This document shows positions 1 to 10,124 of a stretch of 64,000 bases of DNA, in pieces. Source of the stretch: an uncultured Acidobacteriota bacterium (lineage in GTDB: Bacteria; Acidobacteriota; Thermoanaerobaculia; UBA5066; Gp7-AA6). A program made the translations under genes and the position numbers. The notes below the pieces were generated by a model. It was not told the origin of the DNA, searched no databases, and was given only the letters and a program-made list of their open reading frames with translations. Numbering within the stretch: position 1 is the stretch's first letter; the number at the start of each line of letters is the position of its first letter. The stretch covers positions 1 through 64,000 of the forward strand of contig CAVXTP010000021.1 in assembly GCA_963764715.1 (NCBI GenBank), written 5' to 3'.

Positions 1-1162
1 GCTCCCGCTTTTCGGCCGACGCCAGGCCGTTCTCCGCCGGCCGGATGTCCTCGAGGAGCCAGGTCAGGTAGTCGGGGGCCTCGTCGATCCGGCGGGCGAG
101 CGCCTCGGGGCCTTCGCGCACGAGCAGATCGTCCGGATCCTCGCCTTCGGGGAGCCGCGCGGCGCGGGCCTGGAAGCCCTGCGCCAGGAGAAGGGCCAGC
201 GCTCCGCGGGTCGCGTTGCGGCCGGCGGAGTCGCCGTCGTAGCAGACGACGGCGTTCGAGGTCAGCCGGCGCAACTTCTCGGCCTGCTCGGGGGTGAGCG
301 CCGTGCCCATCGACGCGACCGTTTCGCCGACTCCCGCGCGGAGGAGGGCGAGGTGGTCGAAATATCCCTCGACGAGGACGACGCGGTCGTGTTTGCGGAT
401 CGCCTCCCGCCCCGAGAAGAGCCCGTACAGCAGCCGCTTCTTCGAGAAGATCGGCGACTCCGGAGAGTTCAGGTACTTGGGCTCGCCCTCGGGCGAGAGC
501 GCTCGGCCGCCGAAGCCCACGGGCCGTCCCCGCTCGTCGCGCACGACGAAGAGCAGACGGTCGCGGAAGCGGTCGTAGGCGCCCTTGCCCTCGGAGCGCG
601 GCTGGAGAAGACCCGCCTCGATCAAGAGGTCTTCGGGGAACGCGGGGGAGAGGGCCTTGCCGATCGAGTCCCAGGCGTCCGGGGCGTGGCCGAGGGCGAG
701 CTCGGCCCAGAGCGGTTCCGGCACGCCGCGTTTCTCGAGGTATTTCGCGGCCGAGTTCCCGGGCTTGCCCAGCCGCTCGCGGTAGAAGCGCTCGGCCGCC
801 GACACGACTTCGTAGATCCGGTCCCGGCGGTCGTCGCGCGGGCCCCGCCGCTCCCGCCGCGGGATCGTGACGCCGAAGCGGCCGGCGAGCACCTCGACGG
901 CTTCGGGAAACTCGAGCCGGTCCATCTGCCGGACGAAGTGGATGACGTCGCCGCCGGCTCCGCAGCCGAAGCAGTGGTAGAGGCCCTTGTCTCGGTCCAC
1001 CGTGAACGAGGGAGTCCGCTCGTTGTGGAACGGGCAGAGGCCCTTCCAGGAGCGGCCGGCCTTCTTCAACGTGGTGTGGTCGCCGATGACCTCGACGATG
1101 TCGGCCGCGGACCGCAGCTCGGCGAGAACGTGATCGTTGATGTCGAGGTCGTAGGACGTCAT
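1..1162 (-). CDS. dnaG: DNA primase (3' end runs off the window)
   Basis: Manual translation from ATG at 1162 gives MTSYDLDINDHVLAELRSAADIVEVIG...KGLCPFHNERTPSF...YHCFGC (CHC2 zinc finger), then KYLNSPES and the TOPRIM motifs VEGYFD and YDGDSAG. It is not in the ORF track because it is truncated. Confidence 0.97.
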   Translation of the reverse strand, partial: MTSYDLDINDHVLAELRSAADIVEVIGDHTTLKKAGRSWKGLCPFHNERTPSFTVDRDKGLYHCFGCGAGGDVIHFVRQMDRLEFPEAVEVLAGRFGVTIPRRERRGPRDDRRDRIYEVVSAAERFYRERLGKPGNSAAKYLEKRGVPEPLWAELALGHAPDAWDSIGKALSPAFPEDLLIEAGLLQPRSEGKGAYDRFRDRLLFVVRDERGRPVGFGGRALSPEGEPKYLNSPESPIFSKKRLLYGLFSGREAIRKHDRVVLVEGYFDHLALLRAGVGETVASMGTALTPEQAEKLRRLTSNAVVCYDGDSAGRNATRGALALLLAQGFQARAARLPEGEDPDDLLVREGPEALARRIDEAPDYLTWLLEDIRPAENGLASAEKRE

Positions 1163-1211
1163 GGATATGGATCGTGGACGCGGGGCGGCGGGCCGCCGGG
1201 CGGTCCTCTTC

Positions 1212-3615
1212 TTATCTCAACTCCAGGATGGTCGCTCCGTTGCCCCCCTCGGTCCGGTCGGCCGACCGCAGGGAGGCGACGGCGCCGTGGTTGCGGAACC
1301 GCTCCCGGACGGCCTCCCGCAGCCTTCCGGTGCCGTGGCCGTGAATGACGCGCAGTCGGCCGGCGCCCGAGAGAAGGGCCTGGTCGAGCGCGCGTTCCAC
1401 GGCCTCCAGCGCCTCCTCGACGTGCTGGCCGATCAGGTTCACCTCCGGCGTCGGTCCCGCCGCGTCGCTCCGCGGCTCGGGAGCCGACGGCCGCGGCGGC
1501 GCGGATCGCGGGGCCGGACGGCGGGGGGCGCCCGGCACGGGAGCGAGCTCCGAGCGGCGGACGCGGATCCGCTTGCCCCGGGACTCGAGGTGCGCCCAGT
1601 CGCCGTCGAAGGCGACCACGCGGCCTTCGCTCCCGAGCTCGCGGATGCGGGCGAGGTCCCCGACCGCGACTTCGCGAGAGCGCTCCTCCTCGGCCTGGCG
1701 GGCCTCGCCGATCACGGCCTCCGCCTCGGCGGCCCGTTCCGCTTCCTCGAGCACCCGCGCCGCGGAGGCCCGGGCGAGCCGGGCGTTCTCGTGGCGCGCC
1801 GCCTCGAGCTCCTCGGAGACCTTGCGCGAGAGCTCGCGGCGGGCCTTCTCGAATCCGGCGAGGCCCTCGGCCAGCATGCGGGACCTCTCGTCGGCGAACC
1901 GGCGGCGCTCCTCGGCGAGCCGATCGGCCTCCGTCTTCGCCGCGTCGTTCGCGAGAGCGAGCGAGCGTTCGAGGCCGCGCAACCGTTCGAGAGTTTCCTC
2001 CGCCTCGCTCTCGGCCCGGTCGCGGTGCTCCCAGGCCTCGCCGAGAAGCTCGCGCGCCCGCTCGAGCACGCCCTCGGGGATGCCCCGCTCCCGCGCGACC
2101 GAAAGCGCGCGGCTGCGCCCGGCGAGCCCCGGGTGGAGCCGGTAGTTGGGCCGGCCCGTCTTCTCGTCGAATTCCATCGCCGCGCAGAGGGCGTCCTCGC
2201 GCCCGCCGGCGAAGCCCTTCACGGCCGAGAGATGCGTCGTCACGAGGGCGCGGCCGCCGCTCGCGAGGTACGCCTCGAGGAAGGCGACGGCCAGGGCGCT
2301 GCCCTCCTCCGGGTCGGTGGCGCCGCCGATCTCGTCAATCAGCGCGAGCGAGCCCGGTCCGGCCTCGGCGAGGAGCTCGGCGAGGGTCTCCATCGAGGAG
2401 GAGAACGTGGAGCGGTCGGAGAGGATCGCCTGCGCGTCCCCGATCTCGGTCCGGATGGAGCGAAAGACCGGCACGCGCGTGCCCGCGGCCGCGGGGATGG
2501 GAATCCCGGACTGCGCCAGGAGAGAGAAGAGCCCGGCCGTCTTCAATACGACCGTCTTGCCCCCGGCGTTCGGACCGGAGACGACGAGCAGGCGCCGGTC
2601 GGGCGGCAGCTCCATGTCGAGGGGGACCGCCTGCCGGCCTTCCCGGGTCTCGCCGAGGACGCGGCGGCGGAGCTTCTCGTAGCGCGCGTCGAGGAGCGGA
2701 TGGCGGGCGCCGACGAGAGTCCAGGCGCCGTCGTCGGAGATCTCGGGGAGGCGTCCCTCGCCCATCTCTCCGAACTCGGCCTTCGCCTCCAGCGCGTCGA
2801 GCTCTCCGAGGGCCTCGACGGCGCGCCGCAGGTCGTCGCCGTGCCCGAGGATCGCGCGGCCGAAGTCGGTCAGGAGGCGCTCGACCTCGCGCCGCTCCTC
2901 GGCCGACAGGAGCGCGAGGTCGTTGTTGGACTCGATGACCTCCATCGGCTCGACGAAGACGGTCTGGCCGGAGCCGGACCGGTCGTGCACGATGCCCGGC
3001 ACGCGCCCGCGGCTCGAGGCCTGCACGGGCAGGCAGTAGCGGTCGTTGCGGAGGACGACGACCGTGTCGCCGAGAGCGTCGCGCCGGTCGTCGAGGAGCC
3101 GTTCGAGCAGGCGCGACACCTCGCCCCGGCGGCGGCGCAGCCGCGACCGGATCGCGAGGAGCTCCGGCGAGGCGTCGTCCTTGAGCTGGCCGTCGTCGCC
3201 GAAGAGCTTCACGGCGCGCGCGATGAGGGCGTCGAACGCGGGGAGCGCATCGCGCCGGGCCGAGAGGAGCGGCGAATCGGTTTTGGAGAGCGCGCGCCGG
3301 ACGGCGTCGGACGCGCGGGCGGCGCGGACGATCGGGCGGAAGTCTTCGGGCGCGCCCGAGCCTCCGGCGCCGGCGAGGGAGTCGAGCGCGGGCGCGACCT
3401 CGTCGAGGCCGGCGAGCGGCAGCCGTCCGTGCCGGATCCGGAAGGCGGAGGCTTCCGCCGTCTCGGCGAGGAGCCGGGCGACGCCGCCTTCCTCGTGCGC
3501 GGGGGCCAGAGACAGGACCGCCGCCCGTCCGGGCGGCGTTCGAGCGAGGGCCGAAACGAGCCGAAGGACGACGCCGAACTCGAGGGACTCCCGGTCGGCG
3601 CCGCCTCCGTCCGCG
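1212..3615 (-). CDS. mutS2: MutS2 family ATPase with C-terminal Smr domain (start uncertain)
   Basis: Motifs LEF near the N-terminus, HDRSGSGQTVFVEP, P-loop GPNAGGKT, STFSS, DEIGGATDPEEG, coiled coil, and Smr domain IHGHGTGRLR...GGNGAT. Confidence 0.93.
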
Positions 3616-3619
3616 GGGA

Positions 3620-3826
3620 CTAGACCGAGGCCCGCTTCTCCTCCGACAGCTTGCGGAGCATCTTCTTTCGGGCTTGAATCATCTTGCGCTTTCTCTTCGC
3701 GCTCGGCTTCTCGTAGTGCTGGCGCTTCTTGAGCTCGGAGAGGATTCCGGATTTCTCGCACTTGCGCTTGAAACGCCGCATGGCGTTCTCGAAAGACTCG
3801 TCTTCCTTGACGTGGACCAACGGCAC
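3620..3826 (-). CDS. rpsU: 30S ribosomal protein S21
   Basis: [45 protein letters not shown] start at 3826 follows a GGGGGTGA SD-like sequence. Confidence 0.97.
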   Translation of the reverse strand: MPLVHVKEDESFENAMRRFKRKCEKSGILSELKKRQHYEKPSAKRKRKMIQARKKMLRKLSEEKRASV

Positions 3827-3868
3827 GGACACTCACCCCCTTACCCAGGACCTTCCAGCGAGCACGTG

Positions 3869-3897
3869 ATTCTAGAGAGGCGGGTCCGGGGTGTCAA
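3869..3897 (-). promoter_or_regulatory. sigma70 promoter of rpsU-mutS2-dnaG
   Basis: TTGACA-N17-TAGAAT on the minus strand upstream of rpsU. Confidence 0.85.
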
Positions 3898-3996
3898 CGG
3901 GAGTGGCGGTATCCCTAATCGAAAGAAAGGCTTAGAAACGGACGATTTCCGCGGAACGGCTTTACGAAAGGGGCCTCTGACCCGATAATGCCTGCA

Positions 3997-5211
3997 ATGA
4001 CCGAACCCGAGGCTCCGGACCGGGCGAAATTGCTCGAGACGGAAATCGAGCGGAGGCTGTCCGAGCGGTTCGCCGCCCTGCGCGAAGAGTTCGACCGCCT
4101 GCGGCTCGAGACCGACCGGCGCTGGTTCGGATTTCTGGAGCGCTTCAACCAGGACCTCAAGGGAGTCGTTCCGGCCGAGTTGGTCGAGCCGGGCCCGGGG
4201 CCCGCGGCCGCCGCGGCGGCGAAGCCGGGCAGCGTCGGGATCGAGACGGTCCGCGGACTCGATCAGGCGGGGACCCAGGTCGACGTGCTGCACCGTTTCC
4301 TCGACGAGTGCCGGAAGCACTGCTCGCGCGCGGCCCTCCTCGTCGCGCGCGGAGGGTCCATCGGCGCGTGGAAGGCGGTCGGCTTCTCGAGCCACGGCGG
4401 AGACGACGACGCGGTGCGGCAGATCGCGCTGCCGCTGACCGACGGCGGGCTGCTCGCGAAGCTGATGACCGGGACCGCCGTGCGGCTTCCGCCGGTCAAC
4501 GACATCTCGACGCTTCTGCGTGCGTCGAAAGTCGCGGACGCCGTCGCGATTCCGATGGTCGTGCGCGAGAAGATTTCCGGCGCCCTGTACGCGGACGCCG
4601 TGTTCGGCGAAGAGGAGAGCTTCGATCCCGACGCGCTGGCGCTCCTGACGTATCTCGCCGGGCTCGTCGTCGATCGCCTCGCGTCGAGGAAACTGAAGCC
4701 CGGGCCCGCGCTGCGGGTGCCCGAGCCGGTCAAGAAGGCGGAGCCCGCCGGCATGTGGATGAACGAGGATGCCGCGGGCGTCGAGGAGCTTCCGGCGTCG
4801 GCGGAGCTCGAGGCCGCGCCGGAGCCCGCGCCGGCGCCGCCGCCCCGCGCCGAGGAGCGGCCGCGCGAAACACCGGTCTCGTCGATCATGACCCCGGCGA
4901 TCCCCATGCCGGAGCCCTCGCGGCGGCTCGGCGGGCCGCTCGCGGCGGCCATGTCGTCGGACGAGCGCCAGGAAGAGGCGCGCCGCTTCGCGCGCCTGCT
5001 CGTCTCCGAGATCAAGCTCTACAACGAGCGCGCGGTGCTCGAGGGCCGCGAGGGCGGGAACCTCTACCAGCGCCTCAAGGACGACATCGACCGGAGCCGC
5101 CAGATGTACGACGAGCGGATCCCCGACGACGTCCGGTCGTCGACCAACTTCTTCCAGGAGGAACTCGTGCGGATCCTCGCCGATGGCCGGCCCGAGGCCC
5201 TGGGCATCTGA
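3997..5211 (+). CDS. GAF-domain protein with a C-terminal RomX-like helical domain
   Basis: N-terminal coiled coil, GAF-like region (AVAIPMVVREKISGALYAD), Pro/Ala linker, then C-terminal EEARRFARLLVSEIKLYNE...RSRQMYDERI...NFF. Confidence 0.7.
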   Translation: MTEPEAPDRAKLLETEIERRLSERFAALREEFDRLRLETDRRWFGFLERFNQDLKGVVPAELVEPGPGPAAAAAAKPGSVGIETVRGLDQAGTQVDVLHRFLDECRKHCSRAALLVARGGSIGAWKAVGFSSHGGDDDAVRQIALPLTDGGLLAKLMTGTAVRLPPVNDISTLLRASKVADAVAIPMVVREKISGALYADAVFGEEESFDPDALALLTYLAGLVVDRLASRKLKPGPALRVPEPVKKAEPAGMWMNEDAAGVEELPASAELEAAPEPAPAPPPRAEERPRETPVSSIMTPAIPMPEPSRRLGGPLAAAMSSDERQEEARRFARLLVSEIKLYNERAVLEGREGGNLYQRLKDDIDRSRQMYDERIPDDVRSSTNFFQEELVRILADGRPEALGI

Positions 5212-5251
5212 GGTCTCGCCGGCGGACTCCGTCCTCCCACGGCACCCCCCG

Positions 5252-7405
5252 GTGAAGCGCCTCGCGGTCCTCGGAAGCATCCTTCTTCTGCTCTCGGGGA
5301 CCGCGCGGGCGGATCGCGCGGCGCCGCAGGTCTCGAGCGACTTCGACGCGGAATTCGCGCGCGCGGCCGATCTCCTCGAAGAGGGAAAGCGCAGCGAGGC
5401 GGAGGCCGTCCTCGCGGAGGTCCGCCGGCGGGCGGGCCCGTCGGCGTGGGACGCGCGGACGGCGATGCTGCTCGCGTCGGACGACGCCCGGCGCCAGGAC
5501 TGGGCGGCGGCGGCCGCGGGTCTCGCCGGCGTGCGCGCAGCGCCGATCGGGCTCGAGGCCTACCGCAGCCTGCGGCGCGCGGAGGCCCTCGAGCTGTCGG
5601 GGCATCCCGACGAGGCGCTCGAAGAGGCCCGGCGCGCCTTCACCGCGGAAGGACGATTCGCCTACCGGATCCGCGCCGCGATGCTTCTCGCCCGCCTCGA
5701 GGAAAAGCGGGGACGGCCGGACGAGGGCGCGCGCGCGCTCATGGTCGCCGCCGACGCCGCGGCGTCGCCGTCCGAGAGCGCGGAGGTCGCGATCGGCCAG
5801 ATCCGGCTGGGGCTCGCGGCCAACGACCCGGCAGCGGTGAGCGCCGCGGCGCGGAGGCTCCTGCTCGACGCGCCGACGTACGACGCCCAGGCCTCTACGC
5901 CGGCGTTCGCCCGCCGCGCGGCCGCGCAGGCCGAACGCACTCTGACCGCGGCCGAGCGGGGGCGGCGCGGAAGCGCCCTCGTCGCCGCGGGCGAGGCGAA
6001 GCGCGGGGTCGCGCTTCTCTCGAAGGACAAGCCCGAGGCGTGGCCGGAAGGGGAGCGGGCGGGGAACCTTCTCGCGCTCGCCCGCGGGCAGCTCGCCACG
6101 CGAAACCTCCGGGCGGCCGAGGCGACCGCGGTCCGGGTGCCGTCCGACGGCACGCTCGCCGGGTGGGAGGCAAAGCTCTTCCGCTGCGATCTCGTCGTGA
6201 CCCGGCTCAAGTCCGGGAAGCGGCCGCTCGATCCGGCGGACCCGCGGCTCGATCCGGTGCGGGCGGGCCTCGTCGCGCTGACCGAACCCGGGGTCCCGGC
6301 GCCGGTTCGCCGCTCCGCGCGGGAGCGCCTGCTGAGGATGGACGCGGACCGCGAGGACTTCGATGCCGCGCTCGCCCGGGCGCGGGAGCTCGCGGCGGAG
6401 GCGCCGGACTCGAACGACGGGTTCGAGACCCTCTGGCGCCTGGCCTGGGCGCGGTTCCGCGCCGGGGACTTCGCCGACGCCCGCGCCAACTTCGAGGCGC
6501 TCGCCGGGCTCTACCGCGGCGTCTCGGTGTCGCGCCGCCTCGCGTACTGGCGCGCGCGGTGCCTGGAGCGCGAGGGCCGCGCGGCGGAGGCAAAGGCGCT
6601 CTTCTCGGAGCTCGCGGCGGCCTCGCCGCCCGACGTGTACGCCCGGTTCTCCCGACCCCGGACGGCCGCGCCGGCCCGGCTCGAGCGCGCCTCGCTCTCC
6701 GACCCCTCCACCGCGACGGCCGCCTTCGCCCGCGTCGACGAGCTGCTGCGGCTGCGGATGTTCGAGGAGGCCTCGGCGGAGGCGCGCATCCTCGCGCCCT
6801 CCCGGGGGCGCGAGCTGCGGATCGCCGAGTCCGACTTCGCGCTCGGCCGGTTCATGACGGCCGCGGTTTCTATCAAGCGCGCGCTTCCGGAGATCGGCAC
6901 GGCGGAGGAGGGCCGCGTCCCGGACGGGTGGAGGCGCCTCTACTACCCGATTGAGGAAGGCGGCTTCCTGCCGGAGCGCGCGAAGGAGTTCTCGCTCGAC
7001 CCCGCGGTGTTGCGGGGCCTCGTCCGGCAGGAGAGCGTCTTCGACTCGAGCGCGAAGTCGCGGGCCGGGGCGATGGGGCTGATGCAGCTCATGCCGGCGA
7101 CGGCGAAGAGCCTGTCGCGCTCGGTGTTGCGGTCCCGGTACCGCCGGGCGTTTCTCTACGATCCCGGCGTCAACGCGAGGCTCGGAGCGGCCTACCTGCG
7201 AAGTCTCCTCGACCGCTTCGACGATTCGACGATCCTCGCGCTCGCTGCCTACAACGGGGGCCCGACGCGGATCGCGCGCCTCGTGCGGGAGAACCCGGAC
7301 CTCCCGGAAGACGAGCTCTTCGAGTCGATCCCGCTCTACGAGACGCGGGACTACGTGCGCCGCGTGCTTCTGTTCGCCGAGTCCTACCGCGAGCTGTACC
7401 CGTGA
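5252..7405 (+). CDS. Soluble lytic transglycosylase (Slt70-like, TPR plus SLT domain)
   Basis: Signal peptide, helical repeats, and SLT motifs RQES, GAMGLMQLMP, AAYNGG, ETRDYVRRV. Confidence 0.93.
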   Translation: MKRLAVLGSILLLLSGTARADRAAPQVSSDFDAEFARAADLLEEGKRSEAEAVLAEVRRRAGPSAWDARTAMLLASDDARRQDWAAAAAGLAGVRAAPIGLEAYRSLRRAEALELSGHPDEALEEARRAFTAEGRFAYRIRAAMLLARLEEKRGRPDEGARALMVAADAAASPSESAEVAIGQIRLGLAANDPAAVSAAARRLLLDAPTYDAQASTPAFARRAAAQAERTLTAAERGRRGSALVAAGEAKRGVALLSKDKPEAWPEGERAGNLLALARGQLATRNLRAAEATAVRVPSDGTLAGWEAKLFRCDLVVTRLKSGKRPLDPADPRLDPVRAGLVALTEPGVPAPVRRSARERLLRMDADREDFDAALARARELAAEAPDSNDGFETLWRLAWARFRAGDFADARANFEALAGLYRGVSVSRRLAYWRARCLEREGRAAEAKALFSELAAASPPDVYARFSRPRTAAPARLERASLSDPSTATAAFARVDELLRLRMFEEASAEARILAPSRGRELRIAESDFALGRFMTAAVSIKRALPEIGTAEEGRVPDGWRRLYYPIEEGGFLPERAKEFSLDPAVLRGLVRQESVFDSSAKSRAGAMGLMQLMPATAKSLSRSVLRSRYRRAFLYDPGVNARLGAAYLRSLLDRFDDSTILALAAYNGGPTRIARLVRENPDLPEDELFESIPLYETRDYVRRVLLFAESYRELYP

Positions 7406-7467
7406 GAACCGCCGCGATCACCGGATCGGCGACTCCGGAGCAGGGGAGGGGCTTGTCCCCTCCCTCT

Positions 7468-9300
7468 TCACCAGGACCCTTCCGGCACGACGAGGATCGA
7501 GCAGCCGGCTTCCCGCAGCGCCTGGCGGGTGATGGCGCCGCCGGCGCCCACGACGAGAAGATCGTAGGGGTCGGCCCGGAGCTCCGCGAGGATTCCGCCG
7601 AGCGGCGTCTCGTCCTGGCGGACCGAGAAGCGGGACAGCACGCCGAGCTCGCGCAGCGTCGCGATGCCCCGCTCGAGGTGCGCCCGCGCGAACGGCAGGG
7701 GCGTGCGGTCGGGGTGCGTCACGTGGAGGAGCGTCACGGAGGCGCCGAGGCGCCGCGCGAGCCAGCCGCCCGCGCGCACGTCGGTCTTCCCCGGCTCGCC
7801 GATCGCCGTGCAGATGAGGATGCGCTCGATCCGGCGGGGCCGGCCACGCGCGAGCAGCAGCGGAATCGTGGTCTGCGCGGCGAGCTCCTCGGCGAAGCTC
7901 GGCGCGCTGCGCCGGCCCCGCATGGACGCGAGCTCGCCGGCCCCGGCGATCACGAAGTCGTACGGCGCCTCCCGCGTTTCGTTGGCGATCTGTTCGGCGG
8001 CGTCTCCTCGGCGGACGCGGATCGTGGCGCCGGCGAGCCCGGCCTCGGCCGCGCGGCGGGCGAGAATGTCGCGAAGCGCTTCCTGGCCGCGCGCGTCCGG
8101 CGCGATGCCGAGCACGGTCGCGACCCCGTCGAGCGCGTCGACGAGCGGGGGAGCGAGCTCGAGCGCCGCGGAGAGGCCCGAGCCCTCGTCGCAGACGAGC
8201 AGGCGCGGCGTCGGCTGGCGAAGGATGTGCCACTTGTCGAGCACGACCCAGGGCTTTCCGGGCGGCGGGTCGACGTGCGCGGGGATGTCGACGTCGAGCA
8301 GGATGCTCTCTTCGCCGTACGGCAGCGGCGGAACGACCTGGCGCACGCCGGCGAGCGCCGGCAGCCGGACGCGGATGCGCCTCCGGGGACCGGTGAACGT
8401 CGTCTCCACGATCTCTCCGCGCCCGAGGGCCTTGGTGCCCTCCGGGGGATCGTCCTCGGAGAGCACCAGCTGTTCCGGGCGGACCAGGACCCGGACCCGG
8501 TCCCCCTCGTCGTGCGGGACCTCGGACGGGATCTTCAGCGTGACCGGCCCGAGCTCCACGCGGTCCTCGCGGGAGCCGCCGACGAGGATCGCGCCCGCCC
8601 CCAGGAAGGTCGCCACGAAGAGCGACCGCGGCTTCTCGTAGAGATCGTTGGGTTCGCCGACCTCGACGAGCCGTCCGCGATCGACGACCCCGATCCGCCG
8701 GCCGAGCTCGAACGCCTCTTCCTGGTCGTGCGTGACGAGGATCGTCGTCACCCCGAGCGTCTTCTGGATGTCCTTGAGCGTCTGGCGAAGCTGCACCCGG
8801 ATCTTGACGTCGAGCGCCCCGAACGGCTCGTCGAGCAGGAGGACCTTGGGCTGGTAGGCGAGAGCGCGCGCGAGGGCCACCCGCTGCCGCTGTCCGCCCG
8901 AGATCTGGCTCTCGTAGCGGTTGCCCAGTCCCGAGAGCCCGACCAGCTCCAGGAGCTCCTCGCGGCGCTGCTCCCGCTCGGCCGGGCGAGCCTTGCGGAT
9001 GCGCAGGCCGAACTCGATGTTTTCGGCCACGGTCATGTGCCGGAAGATCGAATAGTTCTGGAAGACGAACCCGACGTCCCGCTTCTGGGGCGTCAGCCGC
9101 GTCACGTCGTGTTTGCCGAGGCGGATGACGCCCTCGTCCGGCAGGATCAGGCCGGCGATCATCCGCAGGATCGTGCTCTTTCCGCTCCCCGACGCCCCGA
9201 GCAGCACGAAGAGCTCGCGGTCCTCGACCTCGAGCGAGACGCGGTCGACGGTGACCTGGTCGGCGAAGCGCTTGCTGACGTTCTCGAGCGTGATCGACAT
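7468..9300 (-). CDS. Sulfate-type ABC transporter ATPase (CysA-like) fused to tandem universal stress protein domains
   Basis: Walker A GASGSGKS, signature SGGQRQRV, LLDEPF, TOBE-like region, then two USP-like domains (RRGDAAEQI..YDFVIAG; ERILIC..YDLLVVG..CSILVV). Confidence 0.88.
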   Translation of the reverse strand: MSITLENVSKRFADQVTVDRVSLEVEDRELFVLLGASGSGKSTILRMIAGLILPDEGVIRLGKHDVTRLTPQKRDVGFVFQNYSIFRHMTVAENIEFGLRIRKARPAEREQRREELLELVGLSGLGNRYESQISGGQRQRVALARALAYQPKVLLLDEPFGALDVKIRVQLRQTLKDIQKTLGVTTILVTHDQEEAFELGRRIGVVDRGRLVEVGEPNDLYEKPRSLFVATFLGAGAILVGGSREDRVELGPVTLKIPSEVPHDEGDRVRVLVRPEQLVLSEDDPPEGTKALGRGEIVETTFTGPRRRIRVRLPALAGVRQVVPPLPYGEESILLDVDIPAHVDPPPGKPWVVLDKWHILRQPTPRLLVCDEGSGLSAALELAPPLVDALDGVATVLGIAPDARGQEALRDILARRAAEAGLAGATIRVRRGDAAEQIANETREAPYDFVIAGAGELASMRGRRSAPSFAEELAAQTTIPLLLARGRPRRIERILICTAIGEPGKTDVRAGGWLARRLGASVTLLHVTHPDRTPLPFARAHLERGIATLRELGVLSRFSVRQDETPLGGILAELRADPYDLLVVGAGGAITRQALREAGCSILVVPEGSW

Positions 9301-10124
9301 CAGCGGCCCCGCTTGCCCGTGTAGCGCAGCAGGAAGAAGAAGATGAGGAACGACAGGAGGGCGAGGACCGCGGCCACGGCGTTGGCGGCCTCGACGTTGC
9401 CCGCCTCGAACTGGGCGAAGATGTAGAGGGGCGCCGTCTGCGTCCGCAGGCGCAGGTTGCCCGAGACGAGCACCGTGGCGCCGAACTCGCCGAGCGAATG
9501 GGCGAACGTCAGCAGCGCGCCTGCGAACAACCCGCCGCGCAGCGTCGGGAGAATGACCCAGCGGAAGGTCTGCCACGCCGAGGCGCCGATCGTGTAGGCC
9601 GCCTCTTCGTACGTCTCTTCGAGCTCGTCGAGGACCGGCTTGACCGCGCCGAGCATGTACGGGAAGGTGACGAAGAGGTGCGCGAGCAGGACGCCCGCCG
9701 GCGCGAACATCGGCTGGATGCCGAGGGGCTCGAGGAGCCGTCCGAGCAGGCCGATGGGCCCCCAGAGCAGGAGCAGCGACGTGCCCACGACGACCGTCGG
9801 GATCGCGACGGGAAGGTTGACGATGATGCCGAGCACGCGCTGGCCCCGGAAGCGGTAGCGCGACAGCACGTAGGCCGTGTACGTTCCGAGGACCGCGTTG
9901 ACGGCGGCGGTCGCGAACGCGATCAGGAGCGAGAAGCGCAGCGCGAAAATCGCCTCTCGCGAGGTGAGCGCGGCGAGGAAGGCGGCCGGGCCTCCCCGGA
10001 ACGCGAAGATGAAGACCGCCGAGAGCGGCATCAGGATGAGGGGCAGCAGCGCCAGGACGACCAGGGCGACCGGCGCCGCGGCCCGCCGGCCCGTCCGGAC
10101 GATCGCGCTCGCGGGGACGCTCAC
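9300..10124 (-). CDS. Sulfate ABC transporter permease (CysT/CysW family)
   Basis: Hydrophobic protein with LPVAIPTVVVG, the EAA motif EEAAYTIGAS and SLGEFGAT. Its GTG start overlaps the upstream stop. Confidence 0.9.
   Translation of the reverse strand: MSVPASAIVRTGRRAAAPVALVVLALLPLILMPLSAVFIFAFRGGPAAFLAALTSREAIFALRFSLLIAFATAAVNAVLGTYTAYVLSRYRFRGQRVLGIIVNLPVAIPTVVVGTSLLLLWGPIGLLGRLLEPLGIQPMFAPAGVLLAHLFVTFPYMLGAVKPVLDELEETYEEAAYTIGASAWQTFRWVILPTLRGGLFAGALLTFAHSLGEFGATVLVSGNLRLRTQTAPLYIFAQFEAGNVEAANAVAAVLALLSFLIFFFLLRYTGKRGR

Noticed and set aside
353-3623. Long plus-strand ORFs (331 aa and 820 aa) and similar long antisense ORFs throughout the window
   Set aside because: They are high-GC shadow frames opposite genes with clear motifs (dnaG, mutS2 and others).
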